A DNA stretch of 64,000 nt from a virus: positions 1-64,000 of IMG/VR virus record IMGVR_UViG_3300032223_001943. The stretch is one strand, 5' to 3'. The translations under genes were made by a program, and so were the position numbers. Numbering within the stretch: the first letter of the stretch is position 1; each line of letters starts with the position of its first letter. The notes beneath the pieces were generated by a model. The model saw nothing but the letters and a program-made list of their open reading frames with translations, searched no databases and was not told where the DNA came from. This document shows, in pieces, positions 10,255-19,667 of the stretch.

Positions 10255-10339
10255 AATATCAAATCATAATTAATCTCTTTGAGTCTCTCTAGTTGGGTCA
10301 CTCTCTCAATTATGGTCTTATAATTTGACATTTTATAAC
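10248..10339 (-). other. Third cassette-like unit (92 bp), possibly encoding a 30-aa peptide MSNYKTIIERVTQLERLKEINYDLIFYNVR
   Basis: Ends are 16/17 inverted repeats (GTTATAAAATATCAAAT / ATTTGACATTTTATAAC); ATG at 10331, TGA inside hairpin copy 2. Confidence 0.55.
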
Positions 10340-10341
10340 AA

Positions 10342-10349
10342 CAAATATA
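10342..10349 (-). promoter_or_regulatory. Bacteroidetes-type -7 promoter element pointing into the cassette array
   Basis: TATATTTG (TAnnTTTG consensus) directly upstream of the first GTT on the minus strand. Confidence 0.6.
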
Positions 10350-10424
10350 AGAAATAAGTTTCTATAACCAAAAAAAAGAGTGATAAAATCACTCCATATA
10401 TTTACGATCGTTAAGCACATGTCA

Positions 10425-10922
10425 CTAACTGGTTAACAATACTTCTAAAAATTTTGGATCATTCGTTGTTTCAGTTCGTCTTTCATATTTTTTGTTTTTT
10501 GTTAAATGGAAGGTGAAGTACTTATTTTGATAAAAATTGTTTTTATGAATTGAATCCGTTATTTTCATTAATTCAGATTGTAAACCGACGGATTTAAATT
10601 CGGTGGATGGTTCGTTGAGGTAGAAATTTATTTCAAGATTCATAAATGATTTTTTACCGACTTGAATTCCACTTGGTCTTAAGTCCAAGTCAACGATATA
10701 GTTGGATTTAAAAATATCGGAATTTAAGGATTCCAATATTGAATGTTTTATTTCTCTACTTAAGTTCAACGCAACCCTAGTCCAATTTTCATTTTCATAT
10801 TTTGGTTCGATCCAAGTTTGAATATTTAGATAAAGTGATTTTAACAAAACCGAATCAACGGTTCCATATGTTATTTTTGAAATTTCATATCCAGTTATTT
10901 TTGAGGTTTTTCCTTTTTTCAT
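10425..10922 (-). CDS. Conserved hypothetical protein divergent from bS21
   Basis: 165-aa ORF; its 3' end is duplicated in degenerate form at about 8790-8885. Confidence 0.8.
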   Translation of the reverse strand: MKKGKTSKITGYEISKITYGTVDSVLLKSLYLNIQTWIEPKYENENWTRVALNLSREIKHSILESLNSDIFKSNYIVDLDLRPSGIQVGKKSFMNLEINFYLNEPSTEFKSVGLQSELMKITDSIHKNNFYQNKYFTFHLTKNKKYERRTETTNDPKFLEVLLTS

Positions 10923-11012
10923 TATATTTCATAGTCTACAATGTTTATTTTTTAATAATATAAACATATTTATAGTTATAGTCAAAAAAATAAAATTTAA
11001 TAAGTAATTAGT

Positions 11013-11207
11013 ATGCTGATAGTTAAGGTGGGGAATGATAAAAATATTGAACGAGCATTAAAACAATATAAGTCTAAAATAATTAAAACTAGACAAATGA
11101 CTAAATTAAATGAAGGTAAAGAATTTATTAAACCTTCCGTAAAAAAAAGAAACGTGCTCAGCAAAGCCAAACACGTTAATAAAATCTATAACAAAAAAGA
11201 AGATTAA
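11013..11207 (+). CDS. rpsU: Ribosomal protein bS21
   Basis: MLIV.V...NIERALKQYK.K..KT...L....EFIKPSVKKR, 64 aa, Bacteroidetes-like S21. Confidence 0.92.
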   Translation: MLIVKVGNDKNIERALKQYKSKIIKTRQMTKLNEGKEFIKPSVKKRNVLSKAKHVNKIYNKKED

Positions 11208-11917
11208 ATTTCTTCCGATAAGTTTTTAAGTTTGAAGTATGTTATTTTAGAATATTCTTCAGACTTAACTTTTTCTATTGATTCATTAATTGTATCAATC
11301 ATATCACCCTCGGATTTTTCTTTAATGGTATTAAGTTTGGTTAGAATACCTTCCTTAAGTGGTTCGAACTTAACTTTAAGATCTTCATCACTTGATTCGA
11401 AAATTAAGTTAAATTCTTTTTTATCGGATTCATTTAACCCCTCGTAATATTTAGTAATAGTCTTATTAGCGATATTAACCATTGTTGAAACAGGTAAATT
11501 AATAACTTGTTTCTCAGTTTCACCTGGTTTAGTCAATGATTCTCTAATCACATTCTTAGCGATAATACGTCCCTCGATATTTAAGACACTTCCATTAAAT
11601 AAATTATCAATCATATCATAATTATTCGTCACATTAACATGATTAACCCATTTCTTAATAGTTAAGATATCTTTATCTTCAATCTTATTAATAGTGTTTT
11701 CATAAAAAGTTATTGATCCATGAATAAAGTCGTTAGCGACATGTTCATTTAACCCTTTATTAGACGACAGTTCATCGTATAAATAAAAAAGTTTAGCAAT
11801 GTTTCTATTACCCAAAACATATTGGTTAAACTTCTTTATTTCATTCTTAAACGAGTCATTTCCATAAGACTCGTTTAATATATGTTCAATTTTTGTTTTT
11901 AATAACCCGAATTTCAT
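11204..11917 (-). CDS. Conserved hypothetical head-cluster protein
   Basis: ORF downstream of portal; start MKFG at 11917 follows an ATATTTAT motif. Confidence 0.75.
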   Translation of the reverse strand: MKFGLLKTKIEHILNESYGNDSFKNEIKKFNQYVLGNRNIAKLFYLYDELSSNKGLNEHVANDFIHGSITFYENTINKIEDKDILTIKKWVNHVNVTNNYDMIDNLFNGSVLNIEGRIIAKNVIRESLTKPGETEKQVINLPVSTMVNIANKTITKYYEGLNESDKKEFNLIFESSDEDLKVKFEPLKEGILTKLNTIKEKSEGDMIDTINESIEKVKSEEYSKITYFKLKNLSEEI

Positions 11918-11939
11918 ATTTACTTTTTTATTATAAATA

Positions 11940-14900
11940 TCAATCATTCAAAAGTTTGTTCAATTGTTGTTCAATATCACCTAAAGAATTTCTCGCTTTT
12001 GACAAATCAATGTATTGATCCTCCTCAAATAGATTATCATTTTCTAATAATATGGATAAATTATCCCTAGTTTTACCTTCAGGAGTTACACCCGCTTCAC
12101 CACCAACTTCTGGTCCTGGTATAGGAGGCATTGGAGGTAATCCCATATCACTACCTATACCAGATGGTTCTCCTCCTGGCGGTGGTGGGGGAGTTGCTGT
12201 TACGGATTGTGTACTACCAGTTTTTGTCCCATATAACTTATCGATATTATCAAATAATCCAGTGTGTGTTATAATGGTCGCAGTATTAGTTAACTCGGCA
12301 GCTACCGCCCGTTCAATACGTTGTTGTTGTAAATCTAATTTAATTTCTTCATCTGAAAAACCTAATATATGTTTTTTAGCCCAAGATGCCGACACCGGTG
12401 CAAAAGTGTCTTGTAAAGGTGTAACCGCGTCTTTATACAATAACATTTTTTCCTTCCAAACATCAATTTTTAATAAATCCGCTTGTGATGAGGGATTTGT
12501 TAGATTTAGAGTAAATGAACGTAATTCATCTTCAAAACCTAATAGGAATAAATGTATGATTGCGATCTTATTTAATTCCGCTAATGCACACTTCTGAATT
12601 TTATTAATTGTTCTAGCAAAACGGATATCCATTAATGATAAATCTTTACCACCACCAACTGGTTCTTCAAACCCTAAAAAGGCTTTTGGAACACGTAACG
12701 CCGTTAATAATTTTTTCTGAATATATTCAATATCTGAAATTTCTCCAAGGTTGCTATTTTTAATGAAAACCCCCGATTCGACAGCAAAAGTGTGGAAATT
12801 ATGGTATAATTCATCCCCATCTACCGTTATTGTTCCGGTGTCCATTCTATCATTTAAGTACTCAATCGCAACAATTTTGTGGTTATAAAGAATTTCAGAT
12901 TCTGTTTTGTTTTCTTTTACAATATAATATCTCCACGCACGTAAATTTTTATAACCTATTTCATTCGCGGTTGTTTTTGACCAATCTCTGTAGTTTTTGA
13001 ATCCACGTTCTTTTAACATCTTTTCAAGATGGTTGTGTGTGAATTTTTCAAGATTGGTTAATGAACTTCTAATTTCTAAGTTTGTGTTCACAAACTCGTT
13101 CATAAAATCGGTTGAATTGTTTAATTCAATTAAAGCTAAGTCGGCACGACCAGTTTTATTGAACATATCAAAAAACATTTGGTAAAGTTCTTCAGTGAAT
13201 GTTAGAGTTTGTTTTTTAGAAAAAACTTTTTCTTTATATTCATTAACTTCCCACATTTGTTTTGAAATTTTAGAAAAATTTTCCTTAAACTCAATTGTGG
13301 ATTTAACCTCACTAATTCGTTCACCTCTTTTTTTAATGATTTCAATTTTATTAGGACTATTATTAATAACCTCGTTAATCACCGCTTGATGGTATTTAAA
13401 GTGATCTTGATTATTCATCCACACAATATTTGATGGATTATTATTAAATCTATTAAAATCCTTATGGTGTCTAACTTGTTTAGTGTTGTTAACGAATTTT
13501 TCTTCATGAATCATTTCACCAATAACACCAAATTGATCTAGATGGTCAACCACAAATCTATGTGTGAATACCCATTCTTGTTTTTCAGTATCCCAAACTT
13601 GTTCATATTCATTACTTTTTTTACTAATACGTTCATTACGTTTATAAAACGGCATTAATGAATCACCAACAACTAAATCTTGTGCTTCAACAAATCCTTT
13701 TGTTCTATGAACCCACTTATGGTCTGGGGTTGTGGTAATTGATTCCCCATTATCCAATGTGATTTTAATAACTTCAGCATCTTTACGAGTAGTCCCCGCC
13801 CATGTTATCATACCTGGTGCTAATTCACCAGTTTCAGGGTTACAAGAATAAACCCATAAATCACGATTTCCGTTATCCCATTCTTCGATTATTTGTTGTA
13901 ATTCTAACACTCTACCATCCAATAATGGAATTCTCGTATCTAAAGCAATACAAGCCCCTGGTAGAGTTTCAATTGGTGATGGCGACGTTGGGTCACGAAC
14001 TGGAATAAAGTAGTCTTGATCTACCGCCATTTGGTTAAAACGCATATCAACATTCCCTGTTGCCGAATCAACCACTTGGTCTCGTTTGAACTTATTTGCA
14101 ACACGTTGTACATATGGTTCAACATCTTTATCATCCATATTACCAACAAAAACCTTAAATACTCTACGTTCAGGTGCTCTACTAGTTCGGTAGATTAACA
14201 TGGCGTCCTCAGCTAAACAATTGTGTACAACTGAACCATTTGCGATAAAATTATGTAATTCAGATTCAACCTCCAAGTCCCAAACTGGTTCATCATCATT
14301 TTCAGTTATGTCAATAATCTTTTCAAATGATACATTATCAAGTGAAGGTATTACTAAGTTATCTTCATCGATTTTTATTTCATTTAACGTCTTATATTCA
14401 AAATCACCATCACAATAAACAAGTACTTGATGATCATCTGTTATATCAATTGAATTGTATCTTGTTCTAACATTAAATGTTTTTTTAACGCCACTTTGCC
14501 AACAATCTTTAACCTTCGTTGAAATTAATTCGTTATTATTAAAATCATATGAATAAATTATCTCACCCGATTTAATATCTTTAATCATCTTATAACCATC
14601 GATTGTCCAAACTTTTGTATTTTCACTAACACACAATTGTTTCCACACACGTCTAGCCTTCTCTAACATTGACGTGCCATATGGCAATTTTCGGTCATCC
14701 CCCAATAATCTAAAGTGGGCAATTTCCCAAGTATTAAACTCCATATCTTTAGCCTTCCACTTGAATCTAAGACCTTTATTTTCAATTGGTTCGTCGGTAT
14801 TAATACTTTTGGCTGCCATTCCACGTTCAAACCGTTCAATTTCAATGTTTGGTAATTGAGTACAACCGATAATACCTTTTTCTGGATCTAATTTAAGATA

Positions 14901-16337
14901 AACGAAGTTATCACCATATTTGGTCATATTACGAATCCACATTGGTAGATTTGTATTAATATCTAATGAATTGTTGAATAAATCGGCTAATACCGACTTA
15001 ATACGTTTTGATTCGGAATATATTTGTAACATGAAACCGTTTTCATCAACCGTTGTCGATTCTTCGGAATAAATGTCCAATGCTGCGGATATTTCCGGAG
15101 TGTTATGTGAAAATATGGTGTCTGTTGCGAAATTTTTATATCCAGGTACTGTTATATCATAAACTGGTACAACACCAAATGGTTCAATTGATACGATTTT
15201 ATGGTTAATTGCTAATTGATCCCCCTTCGCTTTAGCTGTGGAGTATTTAGATTTCTCAATTTTATACGCTTCCAAGAATGTCGACCAATCTTTATAACCG
15301 GCATTAACAATGTCCCGTTGAATTTTTACATGTGATACACCTAAAGCGACCGCTGTCTTTTTTAATGTTTTATGTTGTCTTGCGGTTTCGATGATGTTAT
15401 CAAAAGGAATACTAAAATACACAGGATTATTTTCTTTTGCTCTACGTCCATCCCAACTAAAATTCTTTTTTGAACGAGCAACAATCTTCATTTTTTCACG
15501 ATATTCAGGATTACCCCATAATTTTTCGTTATTAATTTTCGCGTGATACGATTGGTGTTCAAACTTATCCATAATAAGTAGATTCTCTGGGTTATTATTT
15601 TTCCCGTTAAAATCACGATGATGAACAACTTCATTAGATTCAAGTGGTCTGTAAAACCACTCGGCTATTAAATTATGTTCGGACACCCACCCATGATGAC
15701 CAACTTTACTATTACAACTATACACCCAATGATATTTATCTTTATCATAAAATGATTTTCTATAAAAAGGCATCATTGAATCACCAGGTTTTAGGTTCAT
15801 AACACGTTCAAACGAACCATCACGCATCATCAATTGATGTTCCCATGTTGCGATGATATGATTACCATCGTCAAATGTTATTTTATAGGTCATTTCATCC
15901 CTAGTGTAGTGAGCATTTCTTGCTTTTGCTGGTATTACACGTTTTTCATTGTGATCATATGAATAAACGATAAATTCGTTATCCCTACCTTTATCCGCAA
16001 GTTCTTTAATTGTGATAAACCCATCTGGTGTTGCGATTTTTGTATCACCATGCAAACAAAACTCCATTGATTCCAGATCGAAGAATGTTGCCAATCTTGT
16101 TGGTTCATAATATACTGCTTGGGAATATAGGTTAGTTTCAATCTTCGCCCATTGATTCCCTAGGAAATAGGTTTGTTGTGCTTGAAGTTTTTCACGTTCG
16201 TATTCTTGTTTTGACGTGGTTTTTAATAGTTCAGTTTTGTCAAACTTATATGTTGGGTAATCCTGGTTCAGTAATGAATTGGGACCAAATGCCTTGGTCA
16301 GTCGTTGCCATACCGTTAAATTTTTATCTTGTTCCAT
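11940..16337 (-). CDS. Portal protein (T4 gp20-like) with three inteins
   Basis: PEISAALDIY.EE, KYGD.F, PYG.S.LE.AR..WKQL, EDAMLIYR.SRAPERRVF, DYFIPVR, IETLPG, ALRVPK.FL motifs. Confidence 0.95.
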   Translation of the reverse strand: MEQDKNLTVWQRLTKAFGPNSLLNQDYPTYKFDKTELLKTTSKQEYEREKLQAQQTYFLGNQWAKIETNLYSQAVYYEPTRLATFFDLESMEFCLHGDTKIATPDGFITIKELADKGRDNEFIVYSYDHNEKRVIPAKARNAHYTRDEMTYKITFDDGNHIIATWEHQLMMRDGSFERVMNLKPGDSMMPFYRKSFYDKDKYHWVYSCNSKVGHHGWVSEHNLIAEWFYRPLESNEVVHHRDFNGKNNNPENLLIMDKFEHQSYHAKINNEKLWGNPEYREKMKIVARSKKNFSWDGRRAKENNPVYFSIPFDNIIETARQHKTLKKTAVALGVSHVKIQRDIVNAGYKDWSTFLEAYKIEKSKYSTAKAKGDQLAINHKIVSIEPFGVVPVYDITVPGYKNFATDTIFSHNTPEISAALDIYSEESTTVDENGFMLQIYSESKRIKSVLADLFNNSLDINTNLPMWIRNMTKYGDNFVYLKLDPEKGIIGCTQLPNIEIERFERGMAAKSINTDEPIENKGLRFKWKAKDMEFNTWEIAHFRLLGDDRKLPYGTSMLEKARRVWKQLCVSENTKVWTIDGYKMIKDIKSGEIIYSYDFNNNELISTKVKDCWQSGVKKTFNVRTRYNSIDITDDHQVLVYCDGDFEYKTLNEIKIDEDNLVIPSLDNVSFEKIIDITENDDEPVWDLEVESELHNFIANGSVVHNCLAEDAMLIYRTSRAPERRVFKVFVGNMDDKDVEPYVQRVANKFKRDQVVDSATGNVDMRFNQMAVDQDYFIPVRDPTSPSPIETLPGACIALDTRIPLLDGRVLELQQIIEEWDNGNRDLWVYSCNPETGELAPGMITWAGTTRKDAEVIKITLDNGESITTTPDHKWVHRTKGFVEAQDLVVGDSLMPFYKRNERISKKSNEYEQVWDTEKQEWVFTHRFVVDHLDQFGVIGEMIHEEKFVNNTKQVRHHKDFNRFNNNPSNIVWMNNQDHFKYHQAVINEVINNSPNKIEIIKKRGERISEVKSTIEFKENFSKISKQMWEVNEYKEKVFSKKQTLTFTEELYQMFFDMFNKTGRADLALIELNNSTDFMNEFVNTNLEIRSSLTNLEKFTHNHLEKMLKERGFKNYRDWSKTTANEIGYKNLRAWRYYIVKENKTESEILYNHKIVAIEYLNDRMDTGTITVDGDELYHNFHTFAVESGVFIKNSNLGEISDIEYIQKKLLTALRVPKAFLGFEEPVGGGKDLSLMDIRFARTINKIQKCALAELNKIAIIHLFLLGFEDELRSFTLNLTNPSSQADLLKIDVWKEKMLLYKDAVTPLQDTFAPVSASWAKKHILGFSDEEIKLDLQQQRIERAVAAELTNTATIITHTGLFDNIDKLYGTKTGSTQSVTATPPPPPGGEPSGIGSDMGLPPMPPIPGPEVGGEAGVTPEGKTRDNLSILLENDNLFEEDQYIDLSKARNSLGDIEQQLNKLLND
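12756..13952 (-). mobile_element. Portal intein 3 (399 aa) with HNH endonuclease, ending in KN
   Basis: PGA|CIALDT ... TPDHKW ... VRHHKDFNRFNNNPSNI ... HTFAVESGVFIKN|S. Confidence 0.9.
14220..14633 (-). mobile_element. Portal intein 2 (138-aa mini-intein)
   Basis: KQL|CVSENT ... T.DH ... VWDLEVE..HNFIANG.VVHN|C; no endonuclease domain. Confidence 0.92.
15102..16058 (-). mobile_element. Portal intein 1 (319 aa) with HNH endonuclease
   Basis: MEF|CLHGDT ... VYDITV...NF....IFSHN|T; internal VVHHRDFNGKNNNPENL. Confidence 0.92.
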
Positions 16338-16374
16338 AAGTTAATTATAAGTATATTTTTTTAATTAATAAATA

Positions 16375-18141
16375 TTATCGTCTACCAAATAACCACCCAT
16401 ATTTCTGGTAGTCATCCCTAGTTATTTGTTGTTGACCATATGGATTTTGTCCATTACCATATGATGGTACATTTGGGTTAAAATCTAAATTTTGTCTTGA
16501 CGCATCGTTATTATTTACCGACCAAGATTCCAACATTGCTTTTGCTTGTTCGGTAACTTTAGTTAATTTACTAAATGATAATTCTGCCACGTATAGACAC
16601 ATGGCAATTGACATAAGCATATCATCGTGCCTACCTTTTTGGTGATCTGGTCGTCCATTGATATATACGAACGTATCCATTTCATTGTATAACCTACTAC
16701 TATATATCTTAAAATCATGACGTATCGCTTCTTCAAACGCCGCAATAATTTGCACACGTTTATTGTTGAAGTTTAACCCTGGTATCTTATCCATGGCTTT
16801 TGGGTTATACTTCCAGGAATTGGCAATATCCTCACCATCAACATATAAATCCCTATAACCAAGTTCTTGTAGTTTTCTAGAGGTTGCTACGCCCATTCCT
16901 CCGGTGATATCAATGACAATATACGCCGAATACATGTTTGCCCATTTATAACAAACTTCAGCCATATTATCGGGGGGTAGTTTTCCAACGAATTCGGCTA
17001 CTTGTTCTCTAGTTTCAAAATCTATTATCTGAAATGCACTAAAATCTTCACTATCCCCCCTTGAAATGTCGCCCCCGAGTATATACCTATGACCAACAAT
17101 TGGTTCCTTCCATATCCATAATTGACCTCCCAACATTTTATTTTCGGGTTCTTTAAGGTAGTTTTCTTTAATTTTACTCATTAATCTTGAGTCAAATACG
17201 TTATCACCAGACCCCAAAAAATTACATTCAAGTTCCTGGGATACTTTTCTTTTGTCGTATTTAAGTTTTTTAACCATTCGTTCAAGCCAATCTGAACATG
17301 GTTTATAACCTTCCTCAATTAGTTTTTTCGCTTCGTTGAAGTCTCGATCCTTAAATTCGATACTATTCCAACTAATGAATTTATCATTAGTATAATCTTC
17401 TTTATTTAATAGGTAATGTATGATATCATCCGTTTTAACGAAGTATAGATCTTTAGTATATCTAGGATCCCTATACCAATACATTTCCGTGATTTTGAAG
17501 TCATTCATTCCACGTAATGCTTGATCATATATTTCATAATATATTGGGTCATTACCATTGGGTGTTGATACCACAATCACTTTACCCCCCGTTGATAGGG
17601 AGGCCATACACGCCGACCAGAAATCACTATCCGCATCAATGAAGGCAGCTTCATCGAATACAAGTATTGTTGGTGTAAAACCCCTTAAGGCATCTTTTGA
17701 TGTTGCCACGGCTTTAACTTCACAACCATTTATTAACTTATAATGTTTTGTTGATTTTTTGTTTGGGTCAATTCCAACATTCATCCATGCTGGCCATTGG
17801 GTTACGAACGCACGTATTTTGTTTGCCATTTCAACGGATGTATCCAATTTGTTGGCAATGATAAGTATTTTTTCTGGTTTTTCTTTTTTTGCGAACGCCA
17901 GTTTTTTTGATATCCATGCGGAGGTTACCGTTGATACACCCGCCTGTCTATATTTTAATGCGATATTTTCATTATAATCTTCATAATCTTGAAGTAATGT
18001 TATCTGGTCAGGGAATAACTCTAATGGTACGTATTTTGACACTGTATTATCGTATGTTTGTAGATACGCACTTAAAGCGTATGGGGTATCACGCATACAC
18101 TTTACATATTCCAATACTATTTGTTCTTTTGATAAACTCAT
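16375..18141 (-). CDS. Terminase large subunit (T4 gp17-like)
   Basis: KYRQAGVST (Walker A-like), ILVFDEAAFI (Walker B), STPNG, QELECNF, D.S.G..ED.S, HDD motifs. Confidence 0.95.
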   Translation of the reverse strand: MSLSKEQIVLEYVKCMRDTPYALSAYLQTYDNTVSKYVPLELFPDQITLLQDYEDYNENIALKYRQAGVSTVTSAWISKKLAFAKKEKPEKILIIANKLDTSVEMANKIRAFVTQWPAWMNVGIDPNKKSTKHYKLINGCEVKAVATSKDALRGFTPTILVFDEAAFIDADSDFWSACMASLSTGGKVIVVSTPNGNDPIYYEIYDQALRGMNDFKITEMYWYRDPRYTKDLYFVKTDDIIHYLLNKEDYTNDKFISWNSIEFKDRDFNEAKKLIEEGYKPCSDWLERMVKKLKYDKRKVSQELECNFLGSGDNVFDSRLMSKIKENYLKEPENKMLGGQLWIWKEPIVGHRYILGGDISRGDSEDFSAFQIIDFETREQVAEFVGKLPPDNMAEVCYKWANMYSAYIVIDITGGMGVATSRKLQELGYRDLYVDGEDIANSWKYNPKAMDKIPGLNFNNKRVQIIAAFEEAIRHDFKIYSSRLYNEMDTFVYINGRPDHQKGRHDDMLMSIAMCLYVAELSFSKLTKVTEQAKAMLESWSVNNNDASRQNLDFNPNVPSYGNGQNPYGQQQITRDDYQKYGWLFGRR

Positions 18142-18234
18142 TTTATTATCCTTTATTAATAAATATTGAATTATATGAAATAAAAAACCCCCCATTTATT
18201 ATGGAGGGTTTAATTGTTATATTTTTAATATGGA

Positions 18235-19656
18235 TTAATCTTCACCCATCCAACTCATATCATCATCCCACTTATCTTCATCTTCTTCTTCTGGCTGGTT
18301 TTTAAGGTATTCTTCAATTTCACCGATCATTCGTTTAATCATTTCTTGTGAATAAGAATCACCACGAAGGATTGAATCGGTTAATTTTTTCATATCTTCC
18401 GCCGATAATCTACTGAATCTATTAAATAGATAAAGTTGGATATGACGTTTATCGTCCTCAAAAACGTTTGCTGGGATAATATTTTGGAATTTTGACCATA
18501 ACACTGGTCCTAATAATGAATCCCATATTTCTCCAGGTAGAGTATCTTCAGCACCCAATACCATTTGTGCTTGTTTTTCATTTTCTGGTAAACTATCCCA
18601 CGCCATGAAGTCAAACAAACCTTTAACTAGTTCATGAACTAATAATGGTAATGTTGGGGCTTTTGCTTTAATAACAAATGGTCCTCCTTCATCTTCCGGT
18701 TCTTCAAAAGACGATTGACCTAATTGTCCACCACCACTACCAGCCATTTGTTCCATATCTGGGTATAACCAGTATAGATGTTCCATGATTGATTGCGAAA
18801 TGTTATATAACTCCATTAATCTAGGATCAATAGCGTTAATTTCATCTGTTAATGTTTTATATAGGTGACCCATACTGAAGGCAGCACCTTGAATCATAGT
18901 GTTAACCATTCTTCTTTTACCACGTTCACCTTCAAAAGATTGTAGAGCATCATCTTCCATTTTTTTACCAAAAACTTTTTCAGCTTGTTCGGAATCAAAT
19001 TCACCACCCAATTCTTCTACTTCACGAGCGAAGTCGGCAATTTCTTCTTTATGTTTTTCGGCATTTTTGAAGGCAGTAATAACCTCTTCTTGTGAAAATT
19101 GTTCCGATGATGTACGCATCCCTTCGGCAGCACCCATTGGACCAGAAGTTAATGTTGCTTCTAATCTAACACGTTTATTCCATGGCGATTTGTCTAGGTT
19201 GAAATGTGACGTTACAAGGTTTTCAGCAAGTTCTTCAATTTCTTCTTTACGTCTACCTTGTATCCCCATAATTGATTGAAGATCACGCATAGCCAACATC
19301 ATAAGTTGCATAAATACTTGTTGTGGATTACCTTCAACAACGGCAGCTTTATCCCCTAACGCACGTTTAACTTTTTCAATAGACTTCTTAAACCCTTCAC
19401 TCGCCAATAGGTCAACTAATTCTTGTGATACACCATATTTTTTATATGGGTTTTCACCAGTTTCGAATTTTCGTTGACGACCAGGTTCCATTCTAGCACC
19501 CCCAACTTCAGAATAATCGATTGGTGCTTCATTAATCCTTTTGTTAATATTATCCAAAATAGTTTTTTCGGATTTTGTTAAACCTTCCGTCATTAATTTT
19601 TCTTCCAAGACTTTTTTCGCCTTGTTAAATTTTTCCATGTTGCCGTTTGAATTCAT
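18235..19656 (-). CDS. Hypothetical protein (probable virion/head protein)
   Basis: 473-aa ORF co-oriented upstream of TerL. Confidence 0.75.
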   Translation of the reverse strand: MNSNGNMEKFNKAKKVLEEKLMTEGLTKSEKTILDNINKRINEAPIDYSEVGGARMEPGRQRKFETGENPYKKYGVSQELVDLLASEGFKKSIEKVKRALGDKAAVVEGNPQQVFMQLMMLAMRDLQSIMGIQGRRKEEIEELAENLVTSHFNLDKSPWNKRVRLEATLTSGPMGAAEGMRTSSEQFSQEEVITAFKNAEKHKEEIADFAREVEELGGEFDSEQAEKVFGKKMEDDALQSFEGERGKRRMVNTMIQGAAFSMGHLYKTLTDEINAIDPRLMELYNISQSIMEHLYWLYPDMEQMAGSGGGQLGQSSFEEPEDEGGPFVIKAKAPTLPLLVHELVKGLFDFMAWDSLPENEKQAQMVLGAEDTLPGEIWDSLLGPVLWSKFQNIIPANVFEDDKRHIQLYLFNRFSRLSAEDMKKLTDSILRGDSYSQEMIKRMIGEIEEYLKNQPEEEDEDKWDDDMSWMGED

Positions 19657-19667
19657 TTCTATATCTA

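Noticed and set aside
8786-10331. A 64-aa gene reconstituted by excising 8896-10248 at a shared TTA core
   Set aside because: The join is in frame, but the left part is better explained, in another frame, as a relic of the 3' end of gene 10425-10922. Likely coincidence.
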